A DNA stretch of 64,000 nucleotides from contig OZ281494.1 of the NCBI GenBank assembly GCA_965637545.1, positions 33,852,001 to 33,916,000 of the forward strand, written 5' to 3'. The translations under genes were made by a program, and so were the position numbers. The notes below the pieces were generated by a model. That model was given only the letters and a program-made list of their open reading frames with translations, ran no database searches and had not been told where the DNA came from. The stretch's first letter is position 1, and each line of letters begins with the position of its first letter. The stretch comes from Phallusia mammillata (lineage: Eukaryota). Positions 47,401 to 57,100 of this stretch are shown here, in pieces.

Positions 47401-49599
47401 AAACAGGCAACAGTTCCTTCTTACAGTTGACTGCACTAATTTGCCACAGGCCTTATGACGTAAAACAGATGTAGCACGTTTTAGCGGCCCCGAAGGCGCG
47501 TAAATTAATAAAGGCGGTTTACTAAACAATCTACGGCCACAAATAGAAGATAACTTGATCGGTGTGAAGCAATCAAGCGTGAAGGCTCCCAGAAGTCGTT
47601 TAGCCCGAACTAGTTCACATGATTCGCCATATAATAAAAGCGATAAGTTATTGAGAGAAGCTCTTTGTCTGCTGCTCGGCAGGTTTTGTTACGCTCGCAC
47701 GGAATTCAAATTTATTATCGATGAGGTGTGAATAACGAATGGTGCAATTTTTGGAATCAATGTTGACAGGGTAAATACGATTCCGAAAAGCTTGCTACCT
47801 GGTTTCTATTGATTTTGTGTAGATTAGGGCAAGGCCAGATCCCTTTGACACTTTGACGAATTGAATGTTTTCGGACACTCCTGAAAAGGTGCAAAGAATG
47901 TGAATATTGATGTTGGAGAAAATCTGTCAACCTGTTCTAGATTTAGGCGTTATAGCGATTTGAGTTATTGAATCGGCGTACTTAAACTGGCACATATTTC
48001 TGCACACGGAGAATAATGTGTCCATTTGTTCAATGATAAAATACATATGGGCTTGCTCTGCAATATTTTGATTTTAATAGAAGCATCAACTAATATCCTT
48101 AAATATAACTGGAGACGATCCATTTTTTTAAGAAGAAACTTATATTTAGACAGAAATGGGTTTGGAACGTGGTTAAAAGGTCAAAGTTCAATGTGATTCT
48201 CAACTTACGCATTTGGCACCCCAAGTTGACTAATGATGTCACAATTTTCACTTTTAGCATGATTTTTTACCGGTGGTCGTTTGTGTTTTTTAGGATGCGG
48301 ACGGGACAAGTACATGTGCGTCAACGGGCAGTGCGTGAGCGCCTCCTACCGGTGCGACGGTTATAACGATTGCGGCGACTACAGCGATGAGGTGATCGGG
48401 TGCGTCGTTGTCGCCGAAAACATCAAAGAGGAGCGACCATCGGAGGTTAAAACCAACAGTACAGCGAACAGTTTGACTGGCAAAATTACGAACAATTCAA
48501 GCACAATTTCTACGACAACCAATAAAGATATCAACGTCGTAGGTACCAGTAGTAGTGCAAATTCAACCGTCCTCACTGGTACCAATAGCACCGCAAGTTT
48601 AACCGTTCTCACTGGTACCAGTAGTCCCATAAGTACCACACTTTCACCGAGTACCTGGAGGACCACAAGTACCACACTTTCACCGAATACCAGGAGGACC
48701 ACAAGTACCACAATTTCACCGAGTTCCAATAGTACCGCAAATACGAACAGTCCCAGTGATACCAACATTAGTGTCAACACAAGTAACACTACAGGTACAA
48801 CGAAACCGACAGGTACCGCTAGTGCCATAGGTACAACAAACCACTCAGAAGTAACGTCTGTTGTAAAACGAACCACCACTGCGGGGGTCGCTACGACTGC
48901 ATCAACAGCCACCACTTCATCATCTACTGCAGCTGAGTCGTTTGCCCGGGCAGTGTGCCCTCCAGTGGAGATTTGTCTCAACGGTGGGAAGTGTGAGGTG
49001 GAAAAGAATGTAGTGTTCTGTCGGTGCCCACTCGGTTTTATCGGTAAGCTACACACTTATAAGTTTGGCTTGTATTAGATACAACAGAAAAATCTTGTGT
49101 TTGTGTGTCATACATATATGCTTTGTTATGAGTTAGTGATAAAAGCATGTACGATTTTACAAAATCGCTTTTCTGAGAGCTTTTGTTACATAGCGCATTA
49201 TAATGTGTGGTACTGCAGCGAATTTTTCTGTTTCCCACCACCTGGGCTCTGTACTGTAACGTTTTAATGATACGCAGTTAGCTATTTCCGGATTGGTAAT
49301 GGTTATACATACAATGGTGACGCTATGTGTTCTGTCAATAGACGAAATAAACTAAATTCAAACCAATACAAGATCATATAGATCTTGGATAATAAAAAAT
49401 ATTTTAAACTGATTTGATTTGTAAACAGTTGCATTTGCGTTGAATTCACTATATTGCATTTATATTTGTAGGTTCTATTTGCGAGATCGAAGACTGTACG
49501 ATTGGAAACGTGTGTGGATTAGGAACTCGACTCCTTTCGTCTGTTTCATGGCTGATGATTAGTTGTGTTTTATTATTTTATCATTTTACTGCAAATTAG
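32314..49599 (+). CDS. LDLa-repeat / mucin / EGF protein, predicted GPI-anchored (571 aa); alternative secreted 425-aa form via exon 34,265-35,007
   Basis: Exons 32314-32401, 32857-33060, 33359-33601, 37905-38030, 46705-46881, 48294-49043, 49472-49599 total 1716 nt with GT-AG phase-1 junctions and an open frame to TAG. Confidence 0.75.
32857..33060 (+). CDS. LDLa gene exon: Tyr/acidic segment and LDLa repeat 1 (4 Cys)
   Basis: [55 protein letters not shown]; TTTCAG acceptor, GTAAGT donor. Confidence 0.92.
33359..33601 (+). CDS. LDLa gene exon: Thr-rich linker and LDLa repeat 2
   Basis: [37 protein letters not shown]; ACACAG acceptor, GTGAGT donor. Confidence 0.93.
34265..35007 (+). CDS. Pro/Ser-rich alternative terminal exon of the LDLa gene
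   Basis: Phase-1 acceptor TTTTTGTTACAG; 247 open GC-rich codons to TAA; no hydrophobic tail; AATAAA at about 35,853. Confidence 0.75.
36350..36410. promoter_or_regulatory. GC box and RFX X-box in an intronic CpG-rich patch
   Basis: CCCCGCCCC at 36,354-36,362; GTTGCTACGGTAAC at 36,393-36,406 matches the X-box palindrome. Confidence 0.45.
37785..37845 (+). ncRNA. Degenerate minimal hammerhead ribozyme (family A, second copy)
   Basis: TGTCACC..GCGATGATGAGACC-ttatat-AGATCGAAACAGTAGTGTGCACTGTCTGCAGCTTA aligns with the - strand copy at 20,790-20,845. Confidence 0.6.
37905..38030 (+). CDS. LDLa gene exon: Thr/Gln-rich linker (42 codons)
   Basis: TTTTACGCAG acceptor, G|GTTAGT donor, phase 1-1; [42 protein letters not shown]. 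Confidence 0.7.
39327..39369 (-). ncRNA. Minimal type I hammerhead ribozyme motif (family C)
   Basis: Minus strand TACC-CTGATGA-AGGCGAGCTATTAGCACTTT-GAAA-C-GT-C-GGTA: intact core, stem I TACC/GGTA, GUC cleavage triplet; stem II partly decayed. Confidence 0.7.
39384..39586. mobile_element. Old hAT-type MITE, TSD not preserved
   Basis: CAGTGTTCTTCCAC ... GGTTAAAGACCGCTG termini, with subterminal GGGAACCCC...GTGGTGCACCCTG. Confidence 0.45.
41342..41580. repeat. Degenerate tandem repeat, ~110-bp unit, about 2.2 copies
   Basis: G(A/G)CCACT at 41,342, 41,451 and 41,561; CAGTTTATGC..AGATTTT in both full units. Confidence 0.7.
43854..44010 (+). repeat. Dispersed mini-element, copy 3 (partial tandem pair)
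   Basis: AGTGTGAAGTCAGGCCCGAA...CTTGACCCGAAAACCCGGCTCGACTT preceded by a partial unit. Confidence 0.6.
45183..45362. mobile_element. hAT (Tip100-like) MITE, 180 bp
   Basis: CAGTGGAGGGATTCA ... TGAATCCTACCACTG; repeated GAACCGG motifs; decayed TSD GATGTAGT/GTTGTAAT (6/8). Confidence 0.8.
46705..46881 (+). CDS. LDLa gene exon: LDLa repeat 3
   Basis: Phase-1 frame missed by the ORF track: [37 protein letters not shown]; TTTCAG acceptor, GTAAGA donor. Confidence 0.93.
46999..47074 (+). repeat. Dispersed mini-element, copy 4 (eroded)
   Basis: GTGTAAAGTAAGGCCCAAATCC...TTAAGCCCCCTGAACGCGGCCCGAAAAGTCC. Confidence 0.45.
48294..49043 (+). CDS. LDLa gene exon: LDLa repeat 4, Ser/Thr mucin stalk, most of the EGF domain
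   Basis: [36 protein letters not shown] ... [29 protein letters not shown]; donor G|GTAAGC. Confidence 0.93.
48542..48730 (+). repeat. Coding 36-bp (12-aa) tandem repeats in the mucin stalk
   Basis: GGTACC at 48,542/48,578/48,614; AAGTACCACA at 48,631/48,667/48,703. Confidence 0.85.
49472..49599 (+). CDS. LDLa gene last exon: EGF end and GPI-anchor-like signal
   Basis: [42 protein letters not shown]: supplies EGF Cys6, then small residues, a spacer and a hydrophobic C-terminus with no cytoplasmic tail. Confidence 0.85.
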
Positions 49600-51096
49600 A
49601 ACGTTACTGTTTTACTTCTAATTTGTTTTTGAATTTAACAAAAACGTTATTTATTGCACAATGCACTTTATACGTTATTTTACTTGCTATGCGAAATTTT
49701 GCCCCATCTTGTCTGAACTGTGAAATGCACTTTGCCAATGTCATACATTATAGTTCAGGAGTTCCCAAACATTTTACCACCAAAGTTCTTCCATGTAATT
49801 TAAGAAAACACTTAAGTTGGCCCTAAGGTTGTGAAGTCATGAGCTAATTCTTTATCTGTTTAACTTTTAACTATAAACGCTACCCAAACAATATGCACTT
49901 TGGCCTGCTATGCTATATTACATCTACAAACCATCATGCTGATATTTTCTTGACTATGCCTGTGACATTATGCTGCTCTCATATTGATGTATATTTTCAT
50001 ATTTGTTCCAATCATGCCACATATTTCTGTTCCAAAGCTCTTATTCATACAGCTTGTTCATACGCGTAAGCATTCTTGGTACGAACGGTGCTCGCGTGCT
50101 ACCATTTTACATTATATAGCTGCTGGCAGCTTCTTATGCACGGTTTTATTGCAAAAAAACGTTTTCTTCTTATATTGTTCGAAGGTGTCTAGCATGGTGT
50201 AGGAACAAACTGAAAGGATGCCATCGTTATGCCTTTGTTTCTTTGTTTTTCTCCTTATGCCATTACAAGACACCGATTGGGATTTGTTTTTGCTATCCTT
50301 GTTAAATTGTGTCTTATTGTATATAGGCTACAAAACTACATGAAAGAGACCTGAAACACTACAAAGAACATTTTAGTGACATTATTGATTTAATATTCAA
50401 TTAAGATTAGTACCTTTTTTAGTATCAGATTAGACTGCATTCAGAATATGTAGCAGAATCCAGAAATGCAGAGGTATGCCAATCTACAAAATTATAACAA
50501 TTGCCGAGGGCCCTTCAACGGGAACATGTACTTCAGTTTGAAGAGCCGGCAGTAAAAGTTTGCCATCGATTTTGGAAGTTGCTCTAGATCCCGTTAGGAT
50601 CTGGCTCACTTTCACCATAGCTCCTAGACCACTTCATGTTGCAGAGGGCCCTTTCCAATGTGCTTTGCTAAGAAATTAGAGACAGATGTTCGATGGAGTT
50701 TCTTTTTCGGGTAATCCGGTAGCTAAACAGGCCAAAGTTCGACTTGAATTTTCAAGGGCAAATAGCTAAGTGTTGGCTGTCGTGCTGCAGGCCAAATTAA
50801 GCCTTGTTCTAAAAAATAAATGTATAGTTGTATGGATTGAATTTAAATTTACCCCTTTCACAATTAAAAAACTTTCGATATTATGCAATTATTTGCGCCA
50901 TTATTTCCTTTGTGACGAAACAAGGTCAACAATGGTTGTCTGATTCAAGAAATGCAAGCAGCAAAGTTGTGAGTTGTTTTTATTCAGGTTGGTCGTTTGT
51001 TTTTGTTGCTCAGCTGCCTAAAAACAAGTGCAGAAGCGGCCGAGATCCGCTCGAAGTGGAACAAACCACTGGTTGTTCACAATCTGATCACAAAAC

Positions 51097-51119
51097 ATGG
51101 CCGAAATGTCAGATCCAAG
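51097..51119 (+). CDS. Dynein exon 1
   Basis: AAAACATGG context; MAEMSDP+AG|GTAAAT joins exon 2 as [12 protein letters not shown]. Confidence 0.8.
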
Positions 51120-54100
51120 GTAAATTATACGTTGCGAAGAAAGTTACTGTGAATATTGAATTGCAAGCTGTCGGCCGTTTAAGACAAAGTGTGGCGAAGT
51201 TTAGTGAGAAGTAAATTTCTGATTATTTTTTTTCATGAAAGATGTTCCAAAAATGTGCAGTTGGTAACATTATCTATAAAAACACCAAAATTTGTAAAAT
51301 CACGAACGGCATTTTATACGCTTGTGGATGTACCTTAGGGCAGTGTTTGTACAATTACAATCAGGCTACAAACTGCGCGACAAGGACGTTGCATTTGAAA
51401 AGAAACTGACTGTAAATCATGTTTACAGCAGGAGTTAACTGAATGTTTACAGCAGGAGTTAACAAAAAGCTAAAGTCAAGTTAAAACATTCATTTTACTG
51501 ACCTTCAGGCGCGTTTTTTACCTTTTTGCTGCGGGAGCCTCGACTAGTCGATTTTTCCCCTTTTATGCACGCTTTATAACTGTAGCTGCGATTCCATGTA
51601 CCCTTATGATTGATGTGACATTTAATCAGCTTTGTAGGCAAGTTTTTCAGACGTGAAGTTTTTTAGATTAAAAGGAAAGCAAGCTGTTTTAAAGGGGTGT
51701 ATGTAAATACCACTTGACCACTTGGCCCCTGTGACCAGCCTGTACACACTTTTTTAAATGCTGTGGCCAACCTGTATATACTGCACCACCGTGGTCACAG
51801 CGGCCAAGTGGTAATTACAGACACCCGTTTTAAAGTGGTGGTACGTGCGTTATCATACACACGCTTCGTGTATTCTTTTGTGAACCCCTTTGTAACCGTT
51901 GGTGTCTATGTATATCTACCCCGGTCATTGTTGACTGTTGGTACACCCCTGGATTCACCGTGACCCCAGGTAGAACGTCTTCACCACAATAGAGAAACGT
52001 CTTAACCAAAATTAATTCGTTTTCTCTCAGATGGGACTTTCTGCAAAACAAAACGCTGAAGACCCTGAATCTGAAAATCGACAAATGGGCGAAAATGATT
52101 CAGCAGGAGGAACTGAAAATTCTTATTCAGGAATTTCTTGACAAAACGGACTACATGGGAATCGTGATATATGCGTCACCTAGTGGCCAACTGACGCCAA
52201 GCTACGAATTTCCAACATCTATTAAACAGAAAGGTGTTTTTTAATTAATTCAAACCTTGAAGTTTATTGGATTGATTTTATATATTATTGCGAACCCAAG
52301 TATGGAAATGAATTTAAAAGTAGCCATATTGATGAACTGCAATTTTAATTCCTTTTATGCATTTTAACGGCTTTTTTATGCGTAAAAGACTTAAGGGGCG
52401 GCCATAATTTAGCATTTACACCTTTGTGTACATGTGGTGTACAGTGATATTTCGCTTTTAATAGCGTTTAATGCGCATTTTACTTTAACGCAGGAACTTA
52501 CTTCGTTAAGAAGGAAAAATGTGCTGTCACCAAAGACACCATTCGGACGAAAATATCTGTGGGAGATATTTCGCAAATCCCGCTGCAGCATTTATCACCG
52601 ATGATTGAAGAGGTCAGTTAACCACCAAACTTATACGCCTTGTTGTGCAATATTACACACTTGCATTTATGAAACAAAGGCTTAGACCAGTGGTTCCCAA
52701 CCGGGGAGGAATTTTATGAGTTCAGGGGAGGAATTTTATAAAAACTGTAAAAAAAATACACTGGAAACGGAACATTTTTGTATACATTATTATATCCATT
52801 ATAAATTGGACCCGGTTCACATTTGGAACCGGTTATTGTAAAGGATCCTGAAATGGACATTCCTAATTATAAGGTCTATTTCAAATGGCTATAATTTTTT
52901 ATGTTATATTTCTTTTTCGTCTTATGGGGAGGAATGAATCGTTCGAAAATGGGCAAAGGGAGGAATGTAACAAAAAAGGTTGGGAACCACTGGCTTAGAC
53001 ACAAAACCAACACGAGATACAGGCAAAATTGTCGGCTTGCGAGATTTAACAAACGACACAGGCAAAATTCTCGGCTATTCGAGATTATAACTTTGGTTAA
53101 AATGCCCCAATTCAAAAAACTAATTTCAGTACAAATTTATGCTACCAACCCCAAGTCGCAATAAAGCATTGGGCTATTTCTTGATAAGTAAGCTGCATTT
53201 AATGCACACTGTTTTGACCTAAAATGGTCTTATCAGTACAGCTGGTATGAGAACTTGCCAGTAAGACTTGCCGTATAGGCCAGTGTGCCATGCTACTATG
53301 TAACATTATTTTGACGTGAGGAATTGTATCAGATGCTATCTCATCTTCTCTCAAACGACGACAATCATCAAAGATGGCCGATGGTGGTGTCTGATGACGT
53401 ATTGCGTCACGTGCACAAACTGAAGAGCAACGTCTACGTAGTGGCAGGTCACGTGAAGGGAAAAACCCTACTTCCGTTACCGGTCGGCTCCGAGAAGCTC
53501 GAAAGCGAAAAAAACAACGAACAGAGGTAAGGAAAGTTTATCTGTGTCCTTCAAAGTAAAAGTTGTTGACGGGTTTTTATGCACATGGTAAGTAAACTTT
53601 ATTCTTGGTCAGCGAATTCCGTTATAAACTAATATAATTTGGCAATTAAAAAAAAGAATAGCCTCTGATTTAAACAAATTCAATTATCTTTTTATGCTCT
53701 TCATTGCATAAAAAAAGAAATAATGTAACAGTAAAATTCTAAATTCTGTTAACCAATATGTGCATCTTTTATTAATTCCACCAAGTATAAACATTACCAA
53801 ACAACATTTTTCTGCTTTTTAAAAAGGCTATTTGTTGTCCCTTGTTTTAATATTCTATCTCCAAAACACGTCGGTTTCTCCTGAGGTGTTTTCCCTGTTT
53901 ACCTGCTATTGAAATATTTCACCAGAACTGTGTTGCACGCGATTGAGACGGTTGTCATCGAATGGAGTCACCAGATTCGAGATGTGCTCAAGCAAGATTC
54001 AGCACAAGCTCTACTGGAAGGTCACAACCCAGGACCTATTGTGGAGATCGCATTCTGGAATTCGAAGTGTACCAACCTAGAATGCATCTATACACAGGTG

Positions 54101-57100
54101 ATGACCTAAGCAGACCAGTGTTGCGATGAAAAGTAAGATAAAAATACCTATAAAACAGTGTTTTAAAACCTTTTTCACAGAATTCTTGCCGAATGCCGCA
54201 TATGTAAGTCCATAGACCTGAGAAACAATGTGCCACAAATGATAACGGTTTATTTAATTTGAATTGAAGTACTGGATAAAATTGTGCTGCTATGTCTTTT
54301 TCTGTGCACCAAAGTTTTCATGCACACAATTTTTGTCCACTAAAGTATTTTTTACACAATACATTACAAAAATGTATTAACCATTTTTGATACTTAGCTT
54401 CGAAGACCAAAAGTGCAGAAGATGGCCAAGATTCTCGAGCTTGCTCAAAGCAGTTACTATCCAGCTCTGCGTGACATATTCACGGATGTAGTAGCAGGTA
54501 TTACTGTAAATGGGTGTTCTACTTTTACTCCTCTAACATGTTTACAATATACAGCCTTGCGCGAAGCTCGAGATATCCAGATGCATCTGAAACCACTGCA
54601 GTCATTTCTGGATGACCTGGAACAAGTTGACTTTGCTGAGGTGGGTTTAAACTGAATTTTGAGTCCTTTAACTTTGAAATTTTGTTTTGGTTAGTTTTTT
54701 TGCATAATGTGTAACACTTGTTGCAAAAAATATCACTTTTGAGAAAAACTTTAATTTTTAGGCTGTTCCTAAACTGAATCCTTTGATGCATGTGATTTGC
54801 TTGATTTGGTCCATGTCAAAACATTACAACACTCCGATCAGAATCATCGTCCTGCTGAGGGAAATGTGTAACTTCCTCATTGAAGTGGTATGTCATAAAT
54901 ATAATGTGGAAAAATTTCATACTTTTATTCTCTACATCACTGATTATCAATCTTTTCCGGATCGAGTACCACCTGACAACTTTTTTTATCGCTGCATACC
55001 ACCTAAAGTCTTAAACCCTGTTTGAATAGATAAACCCAGAAATAGGCCCATTTTCTTAACCTGGCTGGCATAGTTAGTAATTTCAAAAGAATGTCCAAAA
55101 CACGAGTTTCGCAAACCAGGGCTGATCAGTTGGGTCAGTTGAGTTGCAATTTTAGATTGGACTTAAATTAGGTATCACAGGAATCTACTCGCATACCCCA
55201 GTTTGAGAACCACTGCTCTAAATCAATGATTTCCAATCCGCAGTTTCACTGGTTTGTGGCCCTTAAGTTTCCAAATAGTTTAAAATACTAAATACTACAC
55301 TGCAATAACAAACACACTTTATGCAGCACCATAAATTAGTTTTGTTTTTGATTCTACTTTATTATGTCATTTCAATTTAAAGAATTAGTCTAATTGAGGT
55401 TGTGCATTTTCTGCAGTCTTGCAACTACTTGTCACCTGAAGATTTGCTAAAAGGTGAATTGGACGAAGTCATTGAGAGAGTCCAAAGCGCCATTAAAGTT
55501 CTTCATGCCTTCAAAGACAGTTTTCACCACTACAAGTCAATCATTGGTAACTTCTTTGAGGTAAGGTTTGAAATAGAATATGTGGATTGAATTTCAGTAC
55601 AATAACACATGTATAAAAGCATTTATACTGATATAATGCCATTGAACTGGCTGCATTTTGGTTCCCAAGCTGTTACTTGGCCATTGTGGATCTGGGTATA
55701 TTGTAGTTTATGCCCTGTTGTAACATCAAATAGAAGGGTCATTTGTCTTGTCACCCACAACTCTAATGGGATCTTACATGGCAAAACAGTCTGCACTATC
55801 TGCAGATAATTCACACCTAATTTGTGCAACTGGAAGTGAAGTTTCACCATCAAGGATGTATTTTTTGCTAAGATAGAAACTCTTTTTTTGTTTAGGATAA
55901 ATCCAAAGTAAAGCAATGGAGTTTCTCCCCGGATTTGATCTTTTCAAGGTTGGATCGCTTTATTGAACGCCTGGATATAGTCATGGTGAGAAGTTGTTTT
56001 TGTTTAATACAGATTGAAAACATGGTTTAACTCATGATTGTGACAGGTTGAATCAACAAATGTTGCTTTTAGTGGCTTTAATTGTTTGATGTTGTGAGAC
56101 TTAAACGTAGGGATAAAATAACTAAACATTATCAATACAACTTCTCTACGGAAAGGGGATTTATTATGATTGGGGTCCTAATGAACAAATGAACAAAAAG
56201 GTTTCCCACCCCAGATTTAACTAGTTTTTTAGTGTGCATCAGTCTTACTTTAGCAGTGTCAGGCTGTTTTAAGACTTTATGTGTGTTAAAACTTGTTACC
56301 TGTACATGATTTTTCCAAACAATTGGGCCTTACTCTTTTCCAGGAGTTTTTCTCTAGGAGCCAGGAGTTCATGAAGTTGGAAAAAATAGAATTTGGTGGG
56401 GTTAAAGGTCGTGTTCTCAGTCAACTTGTGCTCAACATATTTGAGAATTTCCAAGAAATCTACAAAGTATTTGGTGAACGCACATACAATCCGCTTGACC
56501 CTGAAGACCAGGTAGACAGTTTTTAAGTGGTTCTTAACCATTGACATAAAGGACACAATTTTATCAGTATTCTATTGGCCTAACTACTTACGATATTTAT
56601 CATTTTTTGGAATTCTGACATGAATGTTTTTAATGTTGACACTGGTATCTGTTTGAAACTGGATTATTTTGATTTAATGTAACCGAGACTTTGCCTTAAG
56701 TACTGTCAAGCAACTTTGTGCTTTGAAAGTAAAAATGACAGCAAAAAGTGTTGTTGATTTCAAATGAACCTTAAGCAATACCTGTTATGTCCTTGAAAAT
56801 AGAAAGACCACAAACTTTTTGAAAATAGAAGAACAAATTTTCTGCTGTTAAAAGGTTTGATAATTATAACAGCCATTAAACAAAAGCCACAAGACAACTT
56901 TTTGTAAAGTTGTCAAAAATCATAAATCGTTTGATTTATAATTAACACATTTTAGCTGAATTTGTTTCACTTGACCAAATAAGCTTAACTTTAAGCAATA
57001 GCTTATCTAAGTTTAACTTTAGTTCTTAAATTTGTTTTGAACTCAATTTCTAATACCTGTTTTTGTTGTTGCAGGCCTTCGTTCAGGACTTTGAATGTTT

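Noticed and set aside
48379-49056. 225-aa minus-strand ORF rich in Val/Leu
   Set aside because: Antisense shadow of the Ser/Thr-rich coding exon. The same applies to 33,343-33,630 and 34,614-34,949.
51932-51969. Alternative dynein first exon ending GACCCCAG|GTAGAA
   Set aside because: In-frame TGA at 51,932 and no ATG; the exon at 51,097-51,119 fits better.
53527-53925. Missing micro-exon between dynein exons 4 and 5
   Set aside because: The linker seems short, but the only strong internal donor (53,588) would need a 30-nt upstream intron or reading through a stop.
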